This document shows positions 49,576 to 60,739 of a stretch of 64,000 nt of DNA, in pieces (position 1 is the first letter of the stretch; every line of letters starts with the position of its first letter). Under the pieces are notes generated by a model, which was not told where the DNA came from, made no database searches, and saw only the letters and a program-made list of their open reading frames with translations. This stretch comes from Candidatus Obscuribacterales bacterium. Its GTDB lineage: Bacteria > Cyanobacteriota > Vampirovibrionia > Obscuribacterales > Obscuribacteraceae. The stretch is taken from NCBI GenBank assembly GCA_965228855.1, contig CBDDIJ010000003.1, forward strand, positions 1,376,001 through 1,440,000, given 5' to 3'. The translations under genes were made by a program, and so were the position numbers.

Positions 49576-50910
49576 ATGAAGCCGCGCCTCAATCTGTGGC
49601 AGATTTCGAACATGAATTTTGGTTTCCTGGGCATTCAGTTCGGCTGGGGCTTGCAGCTTGCCAACATGAGCGCCATCTACACGAAGCTCGGAGCTGATCC
49701 CGACAAAATTCCGATCTTGTGGCTCGCAGGTCCAGTCACCGGGTTACTGGTACAGCCAATTATCGGCGCTATGAGCGATCGTACATGGAATAAGCTTGGC
49801 CGTCGTCGCCCTTATTTCCTTACTGGAGCCATTCTGTCGAGCCTTGCTTTGTGCATCATGCCGGATTCTCCTTATCTCTGGTGCGCGGCCAGTCTACTCT
49901 GGATTCTTGACGCGTCGATCAATATATCGATGGAACCGTTTCGAGCCTTCGTTGCCGATAAACTGAATGCAGAACAGCGAACCCTTGGTTTCATCATGCA
50001 GAGCTTCTTTATTGGCATCGGTGCCACCATGGCTAATGCGCTGCCTCGAATCTTCCGTGAATTGGGAGTCTCCGGTATTTCTGCAAACGGAATTCCTCTT
50101 ACTGTGCAGTATTCATTCAGAATCGGTGCCGCAATGTTTCTGCTTTGCGTTCTCTGGACAGTCTTCACCACATCCGAATATCCTCCGGAAGATATGGACG
50201 AGTTTAATCGCAAGCGCGCAGAGAACCCCGGTCCGATGGGGCTGTTGAAGGAGGTCTTTGCAGAAATTCCTCACGCTATCACGCACATGCCAGTTACGAT
50301 GAAACAGCTGGCGCCTGTTCAAATCTTCACATGGCTTGGATTGTTTTGCATGTGGCTTTATTTTGGATTGATGTGCGCATACCACGTATTCCAGGCGCCA
50401 TCAGTAAAATCCGAGTTGTTTGATCGCGGAGTGGAGTGGGCGGGGTGGTGTTTTGCAGTTTACTCAATCGTCTGTTTTCTTGTTGCATTTTTACTGCCGA
50501 AAGTTGCAGGCGCGACCAGTCGCAAGCTCGTACACGGAGTTTCGCTTGCCCTGGGCGGTTTGAGCCTGCTTTCGATCTATTGGATAACTGATCCGAATGT
50601 TCTACAGTGGACTATGCTCGGCGTTGGAATTGCCTGGGCATCGATTCTTTCAATGCCATATGCGATGTTGTCTTCCGCTCTTCCTCAAAGCAAGATGGGC
50701 ATCTACATGGGCGTGTTCAATTTCTTTATCGTCATCCCCGAGATACTGGCATCGGTCGCACTCCAACCCCTTGTGAAAAATGTTTTTCAAAACAATCCTC
50801 TTTATGTCGTCATGCTTGGTGGGGCATCGCTGCTGGTGGCAGCCCTATTTGTGATTGGCGTAGAAGACTCGAGCGGCTCCGAGCCAGGTGCTTTGCCTGC
50901 TGGGCATTGA
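49576..50910 (+). CDS. MFS maltose/sucrose-type transporter
   Basis: [33 protein letters not shown] and [11 protein letters not shown] motifs. Confidence 0.9.
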   Translation: MKPRLNLWQISNMNFGFLGIQFGWGLQLANMSAIYTKLGADPDKIPILWLAGPVTGLLVQPIIGAMSDRTWNKLGRRRPYFLTGAILSSLALCIMPDSPYLWCAASLLWILDASINISMEPFRAFVADKLNAEQRTLGFIMQSFFIGIGATMANALPRIFRELGVSGISANGIPLTVQYSFRIGAAMFLLCVLWTVFTTSEYPPEDMDEFNRKRAENPGPMGLLKEVFAEIPHAITHMPVTMKQLAPVQIFTWLGLFCMWLYFGLMCAYHVFQAPSVKSELFDRGVEWAGWCFAVYSIVCFLVAFLLPKVAGATSRKLVHGVSLALGGLSLLSIYWITDPNVLQWTMLGVGIAWASILSMPYAMLSSALPQSKMGIYMGVFNFFIVIPEILASVALQPLVKNVFQNNPLYVVMLGGASLLVAALFVIGVEDSSGSEPGALPAGH

Positions 50911-50945
50911 GGCAAAAGGGTAGATCGCCGGCAGTCTCGGCAACT

Positions 50946-52814
50946 TTATTTGTAACGGTCTGCCTGGGTGTTATACATCTCAGAGTAAAGACCTCCGGCT
51001 GCCATCAGCTCGTCGTGTGTGCCCTGCTCAACTATTTTTCCTTCGTCCAGGACCATTATCAAGCCTGCTACTTTGACGGTGGAGAATCGGTGGGAGATGA
51101 TCACGGATAAACGGTCTTTTGCTAATCCCTCTAACTGTTCGTAGATTTCAGCCTCGGCAAATGCGTCGAGAGACGCTGTTGGTTCATCCAATATGATCGC
51201 CGGAGCCTCGCGCATGAAGCCCCTTGCGAGCGCAACTTTTTGCCACTCGCCGCCGGAGAGATCAGCGCTGCCTTCGACACCGTACTGTCTGGCAAGGTAG
51301 GTCTCGTATTTTAACGGCAGTTTTTCGACGATGCCATCGGCACCTGCTTGTTTCGCGGCCCATGCAATCTGGGCTGAATCGTGCACTCGCTCAACGTCTC
51401 CGAAACCAATATTCTCCCGAAGAGTCAAATAGTAAGTCAGATAGTCTTGAAAAACCACTGAGAACATCTTTCGTAGACTTTGAAGATCGTACTCTTTTAT
51501 GTTGTGACCATCGACCAGTATCTCTCCTACAGTGGGATCGTACAAACGCACCAGCAGTTTTACCAGCGTTGTTTTGCCCGCGCCATTTTTGCCCACAAGA
51601 GCGACTGATTTGTTAGCAGGAATGAACATGGAAACATCGTTGAGGATTAGCTCCTCTGAACCCGGATATTGAAAGGAAACATTTTTCAGCTCTATTCCGT
51701 GTTCTATCTTCATCGGTGCTTCGAGCGTTCCCCAGCGGGGAGAGCCCGGTCCGGACATACCGGTCAGGGCACCGTCTATGGTGTCCGGTTCGCGGTCCAT
51801 CAGAGTGAAAAATTCCGATAGAAACAGAATGTCTTCGTACATTCGGCCGCTGCCGCTGAATAGCGCAACGAGTTGACCCCGGGCGCTGTCAATGGAACCA
51901 AGGTACAGCATTGCATCGCCTGGTGTGATTGAGGCAAATGCGGCTCTGATAATAACGAATGTCCACAACGAAATTGTCCCGAGGTTACTGAGCGAGCCGA
52001 CGAGGAACTCGATTATCTCTGACTTCTTCTCATGTTCAAGCTCCTCATCAAAGTGTTTTTGTGAAAAGTAGCGATGACGTTCAATCAAATAATCGGATAA
52101 GCCGAACAGTTTGATTTCTTTTGCGCAATCTTTATCTCCCATAATCCAGCCAATGTAATGGCGAAGCCGTGACTCACCCGCCTTATTCGCCCAGGTTTGC
52201 CAGCGTTGGTTTGAGTAGTGTGCGGCCGAGAACATTTGAGGAGCTGTCGTCAGAAGCACCACAACTGGTGCCAGCCAATGCAGAGTCCAGAGCACGGCGA
52301 TGTAACTGAGAAGAGTTATCGATGACTGTCCAAGTGATATAAACATCCAGAGCAGATTCCAGGCGCTCATAGATGATCCGCGCAAAGCTCGCTCCAACTG
52401 ATCCAGGTTTTTAGAGTTCTCGAAAAATGCCAGGTCGAGGTCCGCGCACTTTCGCATAATTCTTGATTGAACATATAGTTCGAACTTGCCTCTTGCCGCG
52501 GTGAAACAGAAGTCTCGAACCCCGCCGATAGCACGCCCTCCGATCCAAACCGCCAACTGCAAAGCCATCAAGGTTGCAAGCCCAACGAACTCCGTGGATC
52601 GGAATAAAACGGTAATTCCAAGAAAACTGCCAGCCGACGCCAGCTTTACCAGCCTGTCGACCATCAGTTTCATGATCCACAATGAAGCGACCGGCTCCAG
52701 GGCACCGATCAGGGATAGCCCGACCACAACCGGCGTTAAATATGGGCTAGCGCGAAAAACCAGCATGAAGCCACGGAGAAGAAGCACGAGCGATTCCATG
52801 GCGTTTTTGCGCAT
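50946..52814 (-). CDS. ABC exporter, fused permease/ATP-binding protein
   Basis: TM domain plus GKNGAGKTT, LSGGEWQKVALAR, DEPTASLD and ISHRFSTV. Confidence 0.92.
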   Translation of the reverse strand: MRKNAMESLVLLLRGFMLVFRASPYLTPVVVGLSLIGALEPVASLWIMKLMVDRLVKLASAGSFLGITVLFRSTEFVGLATLMALQLAVWIGGRAIGGVRDFCFTAARGKFELYVQSRIMRKCADLDLAFFENSKNLDQLERALRGSSMSAWNLLWMFISLGQSSITLLSYIAVLWTLHWLAPVVVLLTTAPQMFSAAHYSNQRWQTWANKAGESRLRHYIGWIMGDKDCAKEIKLFGLSDYLIERHRYFSQKHFDEELEHEKKSEIIEFLVGSLSNLGTISLWTFVIIRAAFASITPGDAMLYLGSIDSARGQLVALFSGSGRMYEDILFLSEFFTLMDREPDTIDGALTGMSGPGSPRWGTLEAPMKIEHGIELKNVSFQYPGSEELILNDVSMFIPANKSVALVGKNGAGKTTLVKLLVRLYDPTVGEILVDGHNIKEYDLQSLRKMFSVVFQDYLTYYLTLRENIGFGDVERVHDSAQIAWAAKQAGADGIVEKLPLKYETYLARQYGVEGSADLSGGEWQKVALARGFMREAPAIILDEPTASLDAFAEAEIYEQLEGLAKDRLSVIISHRFSTVKVAGLIMVLDEGKIVEQGTHDELMAAGGLYSEMYNTQADRYK

Positions 52815-52982
52815 TCAAAATTCCCTTTCAGCTCTAACTATCAAACCACAATTAGGCAATCGAATGCTTAAATCCGCCGCTCGGAGGAGTTAAACTTGTA
52901 GTTCGGGTTCCGGTTGGAATTCGCGGCTTCGATCATCTAACCCTGCCGTGCGGACTCCAATTTGAAAAATCACACCGGTGAA

Positions 52983-54566
52983 ATGAAGACAGCCAAAGAT
53001 AAACCTGACAGCGACCGACGAGGATACTCTCCTCTCGATGGTTTCAAAACAAGGGCAACGTTAGTCACATGTGCATTTATTTGGCTTGCAACAGCTTTTT
53101 TTAGTTTCGAGGCAACGGCGCAGAACGAATTCAAGAATAGCGACAAAGCCCAACGCAAACAAAAGAAGCTTGAAAAGAAGCGTGAGAAAGGCAAACCAAT
53201 CTCTGATCGCGTTCAGAAGCCACCGAAGAATTCGGCAAAGAAACCCGTGGAAGATGTGGCTACCGTGGAAGCGATGATCGCAAATGGGCAAATTAGACGT
53301 GGCACCAGAATTACTCGAAAGATGATTCGCTTTGAGCCCCGCAGCGCGGAGTGGAACACTTTAATGGCGCGTTTTCTTTTGCATTCCGGCAAAGCAGATT
53401 CGCGCACTGAGTTCGCTCTGAAGGTGGCTCTGCAATCGAAACCCGAGGACAGCTCAATCATTTCGCTCCTTGCAATGTCTAAACTGCTAGAGCAAGATTT
53501 CTCCCTTGCTAAGGACCTCGCGAAAGCTGCGTTGAAAATAGATCCTGGCAACGTAACAGCAAAAACAATCGAGTTGGTCGCTCAGAGTAATATCGATTTC
53601 CCTCCCTCCACGAATCTAGCCGGACCTCTTTTGAAACAGGACGACGATGACGCAGTGGTCGAGCCTGAAACCACAAAGACCAAACCGGTTGCCGCAGTAC
53701 AGCTCTCGAAAACTGTTTCGGAAGTGTCAAAAGACTCTGACAGTTTGATAAAAATTGTGGAAACGGCTGGCACCGCCCATGATGCTTATCTGGTTGCGGC
53801 TGCGCATTTTCGAATGCATATGAATAAGGCGCGACTGCTTCAAGTTCTCAACGCCTGGGTCAAGAACAATCCCAAGGCTGCATACCCGTATTACATGCGG
53901 GGTCTGTTCGAGGAAGAATTTAATCGGCTAGATAAAGCCTCAGAGGATTTTCAGAAGGCACTTCAACTGAATCCTTTATGTGTTCAGGCAATGAACAGAT
54001 ACGCATATGTTTTATTTCGACAAAAAAAATATAAGGAGTCTGTCGAAACCTATGACATGGTCGAACAGTTAAACGGCATGTACCCCGCCAGTTTTGGTCA
54101 TCGTGCGGATGCTTTGCTTGCTCTGAATGATTATGAAAATGCGGCGTTGGATTATGGGCGAGCTGTAAGAGCCTACATCGGAGAGCGAGAAGCTTCCAAA
54201 CAAATCGCTGCGGCCAAGGATATGAGCAAAATGCGCCAGGGAAACGTGAGGCTTCTGTGGGCGCGAAAAGTGGAGACTTTGAACAAAGCGAAAAAGTATC
54301 AGCGTGCGGTCGACGAGGCGCGAGTCTTGCTCATGTTTTCGCCCGGTTACACGAGAGCGATGGATGCTCGTCAAAAGGCGTACCAGGGGCTTGGGCAGTA
54401 TGAACTGGCGCTGAAGGATTTAAACGGAATGATCTCGCTCAGCCCTCGGGTGGCGCCCTGGTACAAAGATCGAATGGAAGTTTTAACTAAACTTGGTCGA
54501 ACAAAGGAAGCCGCAGCCGACAAGAAACGATGGGAAAACGTCTTGCAGAAAGGCGTTCCAGAGTAA
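52983..54566 (+). CDS. Exported TPR-repeat protein
   Basis: Hydrophobic signal region; YYMRG..ASEDFQKALQLNP and ALKDLNGMISLSP. Confidence 0.8.
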   Translation: MKTAKDKPDSDRRGYSPLDGFKTRATLVTCAFIWLATAFFSFEATAQNEFKNSDKAQRKQKKLEKKREKGKPISDRVQKPPKNSAKKPVEDVATVEAMIANGQIRRGTRITRKMIRFEPRSAEWNTLMARFLLHSGKADSRTEFALKVALQSKPEDSSIISLLAMSKLLEQDFSLAKDLAKAALKIDPGNVTAKTIELVAQSNIDFPPSTNLAGPLLKQDDDDAVVEPETTKTKPVAAVQLSKTVSEVSKDSDSLIKIVETAGTAHDAYLVAAAHFRMHMNKARLLQVLNAWVKNNPKAAYPYYMRGLFEEEFNRLDKASEDFQKALQLNPLCVQAMNRYAYVLFRQKKYKESVETYDMVEQLNGMYPASFGHRADALLALNDYENAALDYGRAVRAYIGEREASKQIAAAKDMSKMRQGNVRLLWARKVETLNKAKKYQRAVDEARVLLMFSPGYTRAMDARQKAYQGLGQYELALKDLNGMISLSPRVAPWYKDRMEVLTKLGRTKEAAADKKRWENVLQKGVPE

Positions 54567-54678
54567 GTCCTTTTACGAAAATTGTTTTCTAAAAGATTAG
54601 ATCTGAAATATTTCCCATGGAAACTAAGGTCAGAAGCAATAAACTAGCGTTTTGACTACTTACGACTGGTAAGCATCT

Positions 54679-56196
54679 ATGCGAATTTGCCTTATCTCAA
54701 GAGAGTTTCCGCCGGATACTGGCTGGGGTGGAATTGGTACTTTCGTACACGATTTGGCTCTGGGTCTTAAGGAAATCGGGCAGGACGTCGAGGTCATTGC
54801 GCTCTCCAAGGACGGGCAGGACTCGGTTATCGACTACAAGGGCGTTCCCATTCACCGTGTCGCTGTCGATGATTCTCTCGATCAGTACCAGATGTTACTG
54901 TCTGTCATGCCGTACAGTCACAGCCTGCTCAAAGCTCTCTGGTCGCTGCACAACAAATTCTTGGAACTCCACGCCAGAAAAAAATTCGACGTCGTAGAGG
55001 TTCCGGAGATGTTCGGCGAGGGCGTGTTTCTCGCATTGTCGAAACAGTGCCCGCTTGTGGTCAGACTTTATACGCCGCACTTCAAGTTTATAGACGATAA
55101 GTTGCATCTGATCGACGACGCTTTCGATCATCAATTCCTTGGATTGATTGAGAAACTGACCTTGCTGACTGCCGATGTCGTCACCAGTCCCAGTTCAGAC
55201 CTCGGTGATTATGTTAGTCAGTCCGTGGGCTTCAAAGACGACGAGATGGTCGTAATCAGAGGACTCATCGATACGAATCGATTCTGTCCTGAAGGACCGA
55301 AGGCTCTCACCGATGACTCACACCTGAAGGTTATCTTCGTCGGGCGTCTGGAGGAGCGAAAGGGCGTCTATCAGTTGATTAAGGCGATACCGGAAGTCGT
55401 TAAGAAGTGCCCGAATGTTCGCTTCTACATGATTGGAAACGATACGAAAACCGCTCACGGAAGCAAATCGGTTCTAGCTGAATTGCAGAAGGAACTCGAG
55501 AAAAACGGGTGCGCAAAGTATGTCGTCTTCACTGGTCCAGTGCCGCACGCTTCGATGCCGGAATATTTCAGATCCTCAGATATCTTCGTACTGCCTTCTC
55601 TCTACGACAACGCGCCTCTCACCTGCCTGGAAGCAATCTCATCAGGCACTGCTTTGATTGGCACCTCTGCTGGTGGCATGAAAGAGTATGTGGTTAACGG
55701 CGAAAGCGGAACCATCGTAGCTCCCGCCGATGTGCCCGCTCTTGCGAACGCACTGATTGACTTGCTTTTGAACGAATCTAAGAGAAAATCTTACGGCGTC
55801 GAGGCGAGGAAGCGGGCTCTTGAATTGTACGACCGAAAAATCACTGCTGGAAAATCTGTCGAGCTGTATCAGTTTGCAAAAGCGAATTTTGACTTCAAGC
55901 GCCAGTTTGCTCTATATCGCAAAAACAGCGAAGACCTGCTTCCACGCTCGGAAGATTTGCTTCGAGCGTTCGATAAGATGATCTATGATCTGATGTACAA
56001 ACGCTCTTTGAGTTTCCGTCTGAGCTACTGGTTCCACATGCTCAAAGATCGTCCAAAACTTTTCACTGCAAACATTGCGCTTAAAGCAGGCACGGCAATT
56101 TCAGACTTGCTTGGTCGAGATGCTCTTCCTGAGCGCTTAGAGAAGCTGAAAAAGTTGATAGACGATCAGAGCTCACGCGAAACTGTCCGCAAATAG
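54679..56196 (+). CDS. Glycosyltransferase family 4
   Basis: SREFPP..GGIGT, FVGRLEERKG and VLPSLYDN..LEAISSG motifs. Confidence 0.92.
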   Translation: MRICLISREFPPDTGWGGIGTFVHDLALGLKEIGQDVEVIALSKDGQDSVIDYKGVPIHRVAVDDSLDQYQMLLSVMPYSHSLLKALWSLHNKFLELHARKKFDVVEVPEMFGEGVFLALSKQCPLVVRLYTPHFKFIDDKLHLIDDAFDHQFLGLIEKLTLLTADVVTSPSSDLGDYVSQSVGFKDDEMVVIRGLIDTNRFCPEGPKALTDDSHLKVIFVGRLEERKGVYQLIKAIPEVVKKCPNVRFYMIGNDTKTAHGSKSVLAELQKELEKNGCAKYVVFTGPVPHASMPEYFRSSDIFVLPSLYDNAPLTCLEAISSGTALIGTSAGGMKEYVVNGESGTIVAPADVPALANALIDLLLNESKRKSYGVEARKRALELYDRKITAGKSVELYQFAKANFDFKRQFALYRKNSEDLLPRSEDLLRAFDKMIYDLMYKRSLSFRLSYWFHMLKDRPKLFTANIALKAGTAISDLLGRDALPERLEKLKKLIDDQSSRETVRK

Positions 56197-56246
56197 AATT
56201 GCACTTGCGAAATCGTTCGCCAGTATAGATAAACTCGAAGCCGTTA

Positions 56247-57458
56247 CTAGCGAACCGAGGCTTTGCCGCCGTTGAACACGGTGTAGTCGAACGTGAATAC
56301 GATATCGACTTTGTCCGGGGCTCCCTTAGGCAAGTTTCCGAATGGTCCGGCGTTCTTAATCGCATCAGTCGCCGCCGTGTCAGCAATCATCAGACCGGAT
56401 GACGTTTTGAGTCGCACAGAAGAGACTTTGCCCTGACTGTTGAGTTTGAACGCCACGATGATTTTCGCGTTCTCGTTGCCGCGAGGCGGGAACCAGCTCT
56501 TTCTGATCTTCTTCTCCATGTCCGCCAGATAAGCGCCGAAGTCAGCTTCGTCACCGTCACCGCCGCCGCCATCAGACGGTTCACCTGCGGTAGAAGCACT
56601 GGGATCGCCTTTTCCTGAACCCGTAGCCGTATCGGCTTGAGGCTGGGCTACCGCGACGGGGTTGTCCGTTTTCGTTAGCGGCGTGTCGAGCGGCACCACC
56701 GGTAGTGGTGTTACGACTGGTTTCGGAGTGGGCTTAGCCGCGACCTTCTCGACCGGTTTAGGCTCTACAACAGGCTTCGGTTCTACCTTCGGCTGTGCCT
56801 TTGGTTTAGGCGGCTCAGGGATGGGTTTGAGTTCTTCTTTTGGTGGCTCAGGCGGTGGCGCCAATTCCATGTCAATTACTATTTTTTGCTCGTCCGGCGC
56901 TTTACTGGCTACGAAGAACGCCGAGGCGAGAACTGCCAGGAGAACAGCGCAGTGGAGAAGATAAGATCCACCGAAGACCGGAGCGAATCGAATATCCTTG
57001 CTTGGTGGATAGAGCGGATTGTTCGCGCGCGACGCGTACAGATAAGCATCCTGACCAACGTAGAGGACATATCCGAGGTAGAGAACGATGAACGTCAGTA
57101 CCGCGGGATGAATAAGGCTGACCGAATGCAGTTGATATGCGAATGCCGTGTTAAACGGTAGGTGCATGCTGGCTGCGAGCTGTTCGCACGCGGAAACTAC
57201 CAGGCTGCCGCAGCAAGCCGACGCCACGACGCCCCAGCTCATGAGGGTCGCGGTCAAGAAAACAAGTCCCGACCAGATTTGACCGATGTAGAGGTGACCT
57301 AGACCCGGCACCAGCGAGAGCATAAATGCTCGCTTCGGATCCTTACCCAGGGGTTTAAACTCGTGCGCCGCTTGGAAGACCTCTTCGTCTTGAAGGAGCC
57401 CATCTTGCGCAGCCTTTGGGTCTGCGGAATCCGGTCGAGGTTTGTCTAAAATTTTCAT
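56247..57458 (-). CDS. TonB/TolA C-terminal domain protein with multi-TM N-terminus
   Basis: LSLVPGLGHLYIGQ TM motif, PEPPK-rich linker, KIRKSWFPP..SSG..D.AA.DAI..AGPF. Confidence 0.8.
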   Translation of the reverse strand: MKILDKPRPDSADPKAAQDGLLQDEEVFQAAHEFKPLGKDPKRAFMLSLVPGLGHLYIGQIWSGLVFLTATLMSWGVVASACCGSLVVSACEQLAASMHLPFNTAFAYQLHSVSLIHPAVLTFIVLYLGYVLYVGQDAYLYASRANNPLYPPSKDIRFAPVFGGSYLLHCAVLLAVLASAFFVASKAPDEQKIVIDMELAPPPEPPKEELKPIPEPPKPKAQPKVEPKPVVEPKPVEKVAAKPTPKPVVTPLPVVPLDTPLTKTDNPVAVAQPQADTATGSGKGDPSASTAGEPSDGGGGDGDEADFGAYLADMEKKIRKSWFPPRGNENAKIIVAFKLNSQGKVSSVRLKTSSGLMIADTAATDAIKNAGPFGNLPKGAPDKVDIVFTFDYTVFNGGKASVR

Positions 57459-57623
57459 CGAGTAGGAGCGCCGCGAATTAGTTTCCTGAATCGTTCACAC
57501 TTGAGCCAGTAATTTTCGCATATTCCGGAACTCCGATTGTTATGAGTCCCGGTTCGATAAAAGTTACTAGGGCTATCGTAGCAAAGAGTTTAGCATTGAA
57601 TGCTGATCAATATCTTGGCGTGC

Positions 57624-57640
57624 TTGGCAACTGTTGCCAA
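57624..57640. promoter_or_regulatory. Perfect palindrome, candidate operator
   Basis: TTGGCAAC-T-GTTGCCAA, 166 nt upstream of the TonB-like gene. Confidence 0.35.
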
Positions 57641-57775
57641 CCACTAACTTTGGAATGCCAGGAGGGTTGTGGGAAAGCAGCACATATAAAAGATCGATCA
57701 CCTGTCGTTACGAGGCGCAATGCCGGAAAAGTCACACAATTTCGCAGAGGAATCTTTCCCGGATAGACCGTTGGC

Positions 57776-59287
57776 TCAGGATTCTGTTTCTTGTTTATCC
57801 GACAACATTAGAACCAGGTAAGCAAGACCGGATACTCCAAGCCCGACGAACCAGGCGTACTCGTACAGCGTGCCGAGAAAAGGCACTGTTTTACTTGCAG
57901 CAGGCAAAGCGCCGATCCAGGCGACTATGCAACCAAGGACAGTGGCAAGAATTGCCCGATAGTTCCAGCCGTTGGAATATTGGTAAGCGCCGTCTTCCAG
58001 GTATAAATCCGGCAACTCAAGCTGTTTCTTCCGAATGATCCAGTAATCGACAATCAGCACACCCGCGATTGAACCCAGACCTCCGGAATAGCCCTGCAGC
58101 CAGAGAAAGATGTAGGCGGATGCATCAGAAAGCAGCCTCCAGGGCTGCATCATAATTCCGACAATGCCGGTGATAAGGGCTCCTCGGCTAAAAGAAATAT
58201 ATTTCGGGAAGGCGTTGGCGAAATCGTTGGCGGGTGAAACGACGTTGGCCGCGGCATTGACGCACAAACAGGCAAGGACGATCGTGAACATCGCGACCGC
58301 GACTACCAGCTTGTTTTCGAACTGTCCAACCAGTTTCACCGGGTCCCAGAGAATTTCAGGCGAGACTTTTGGATAGATAATCAGCGCGGCTGAAGTGATT
58401 AAGACGCCCATGCCTGAATAGATTGTCATTGCCGTCGGGAGAGCCACCACTTGCCCGACAGTCTGCTCCTGCTGGCTATGTCCGAAGCGGGTGAAGTCTG
58501 GCATATTGAGCGAAAGAGTAGCCCAGTAGCCGATCATGGCCGTCAGAGAAGGAATGAACAAGGGCATGAAGGAGCTGAAGTCTCTCAACTCTGCCGGTCG
58601 CGACAGAATCTGTCCCAGACCGTCCGCCTCGTTGACCGCCCAGTAGGCGAGTGCACCGGTCATGATAAAAACAAATGGCGCGGCCAGGCTTGCCAGTTTT
58701 TTCATCAAGTCCATCCCGCGAAATACAACGGCGATGTTCAATGTCCAGAAAATTGCGAAGGAAAACCAGGCAGCGAGGGTATGCCCTTCGACCTCACCCG
58801 TAAGGCTGCTCCAGCCGGGAATCAAAACGCCGAAGAGAATATTGAGCGCTTGTCCGCCGATCCAGGCTTGAATTCCAAACCATCCGCAAGCCACCAGAGC
58901 GCGCATCAACGCCGGAAGGTTAGAGCCGTATGTTCCGTAAGCGGCTCTTGCGAATACAGGAAAAGGGATACCGTATTTGGTGCCGGGGTGCGAATTCAAT
59001 AATATGGGAATGAGAACTATGACGTTGCCGAGGAAGATAGTGAGAAGCGCTTGCCACCAGCTCATGTGTTTTGCAATAAGACCTGACGCGAGCATATAGG
59101 TGGTGATGCAGGCGGACATGCTCATCCACAGCGCGGCGAAGTTGTAGGAATTCCAACTGCGAGCGGCGATTGGAACAGGAGCCAGATCGTGGTTATAAAG
59201 GGGACTCTTGGTGATCGACTGCGGATTTATTAGTTCGACCCGCCCATCGGGGCTTTCCTTGACTTGATCGGTCATTTGTTTAGTCAT
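57776..59287 (-). CDS. NCS1 family nucleobase:cation symporter
   Basis: LYNHDLAP, GTKYGIPFPV..RA, WFGIQAWIGG, WATLSLNMPDFTRF and N.AANVVSPANDF motifs. Confidence 0.93.
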   Translation of the reverse strand: MTKQMTDQVKESPDGRVELINPQSITKSPLYNHDLAPVPIAARSWNSYNFAALWMSMSACITTYMLASGLIAKHMSWWQALLTIFLGNVIVLIPILLNSHPGTKYGIPFPVFARAAYGTYGSNLPALMRALVACGWFGIQAWIGGQALNILFGVLIPGWSSLTGEVEGHTLAAWFSFAIFWTLNIAVVFRGMDLMKKLASLAAPFVFIMTGALAYWAVNEADGLGQILSRPAELRDFSSFMPLFIPSLTAMIGYWATLSLNMPDFTRFGHSQQEQTVGQVVALPTAMTIYSGMGVLITSAALIIYPKVSPEILWDPVKLVGQFENKLVVAVAMFTIVLACLCVNAAANVVSPANDFANAFPKYISFSRGALITGIVGIMMQPWRLLSDASAYIFLWLQGYSGGLGSIAGVLIVDYWIIRKKQLELPDLYLEDGAYQYSNGWNYRAILATVLGCIVAWIGALPAASKTVPFLGTLYEYAWFVGLGVSGLAYLVLMLSDKQETES

Positions 59288-59480
59288 GTGAACCTTGAGA
59301 GATATTACGTAAACATCGCCACCCACGGACTCGTACAGGATACATGCTCTGAAGCCGCATGGGGTGCCTTTTGATGAATAAATCCGGAGGACCGCTCACA
59401 AAAAGGTTCGTTATATGATGTTTTGACCTCTGCCGGATATCCGTAAAGCTAATCGAGACCGGCGGTCAAACGGAGCAAAC

Positions 59481-60641
59481 ATGAACGTAGTTTTTCTTTC
59501 GCCACATTTCCCTCCGAATTTCCGCCACTTCGTGCGTCACCTGCGAGCATTGGGCGCTAATGTTTTGGGACTTGCCGATGTCTCTTACGACTCAATCGAT
59601 CACGAAGTGCGAAGTAATTTGACCGAATATTTCAACGTAGTCGACATGCACAACTACGATAACGTCCTTCGCGGTTGTGGCTACTTTACTTACCACTACG
59701 GCAAGATCGATCGCGTCGATTCGCACAACGAATATTGGCTTGAAACAGAGGCGCGCTTGCGCACCGATTTCAATGTTTATGGTGTGAAAACCGATCAGAT
59801 CGGCCGAATCAAGCGTAAGTCGGAGATGAAAGCGGTTTTTCGCAAGATTGGTTTGAAACCTGCTCGTGGCAGAATCTGTACCGATGAAAAATCACTGCGC
59901 CAGTTTATCGAAGAAGTTGGTTTTCCCGTTGTTGCAAAACCTGATATCGGTGTTGGTGCCTCGGCAACCTATCGTATCTCCGACGAGAAGTCGATCAAGC
60001 ATTATCTTGAAGATAAACCTAAACACGTAGAATACATAATTGAAGAATTTATGGAAGGTCAGATTGTGACTTTCGATGGATTGGTAGATCGCGATGGCGA
60101 GCTGGTTTTCTGCACTTCCCATAGATACAGCGGCGGAATAATGGATGTCGTAAATGACGATGCCCATGTGTATTACTGGAACGAACGCGTGATTGCACCA
60201 GCCGTCAGGGAAGTCGGATTGAGAATTTTGAAGGCCTTCGACGTTCGTGAACGCTTCTTCCATTTTGAGTTTTTCGACAAAGATGGCGTAATCACTCCGC
60301 TTGAAATAAACATGAGACCGCCCGGTGGGCTCACTCTCGATATGTTTAACTTCGCTTATGATTTCGATTGCTACAAGCTATGGGCGGAGTTGTTGGTCAA
60401 TGGTGATTGTGAACGATTCAAAGAACAGCCTTACTTCATAATGTACGCGTCTCGAAAAGATCACATTCCATATCTGCACTCTCACGAACATATACTGCAT
60501 GAACTGAAGGACTTGATTGTTCATCATGAGCGCATGAGCGATGTCTTTGCGCGGGCAATAGGAAACCACGGCTATATTTTGAAACACGAGAAAATTGAGC
60601 CGATTATGGAAGCGACCGCTAAAATTCATGCTCTCCGTTAG
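59481..60641 (+). CDS. ATP-grasp (carboxylate-amine ligase-like) protein
   Basis: FPVVAKPDIGVGA, IIEEF, FFHFEFF and EINMRPPGG motifs. Confidence 0.85.
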   Translation: MNVVFLSPHFPPNFRHFVRHLRALGANVLGLADVSYDSIDHEVRSNLTEYFNVVDMHNYDNVLRGCGYFTYHYGKIDRVDSHNEYWLETEARLRTDFNVYGVKTDQIGRIKRKSEMKAVFRKIGLKPARGRICTDEKSLRQFIEEVGFPVVAKPDIGVGASATYRISDEKSIKHYLEDKPKHVEYIIEEFMEGQIVTFDGLVDRDGELVFCTSHRYSGGIMDVVNDDAHVYYWNERVIAPAVREVGLRILKAFDVRERFFHFEFFDKDGVITPLEINMRPPGGLTLDMFNFAYDFDCYKLWAELLVNGDCERFKEQPYFIMYASRKDHIPYLHSHEHILHELKDLIVHHERMSDVFARAIGNHGYILKHEKIEPIMEATAKIHALR

Positions 60642-60654
60642 GGAAACAACGCTT

Positions 60655-60690
60655 AAAGAAACAACGCCGTCGATGGCGACGACGGCGCTG
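60655..60690 (-). terminator. Intrinsic terminator between convergent genes
   Basis: Minus strand CAGCGCCGTCG/CGACGGCGTTG stem followed by TTTCTTT. Confidence 0.6.
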
Positions 60691-60739
60691 CTCCTGAATC
60701 GAAGTGAAAAGTAGGCGGGTTAAAACTTTTGTCGATCGG

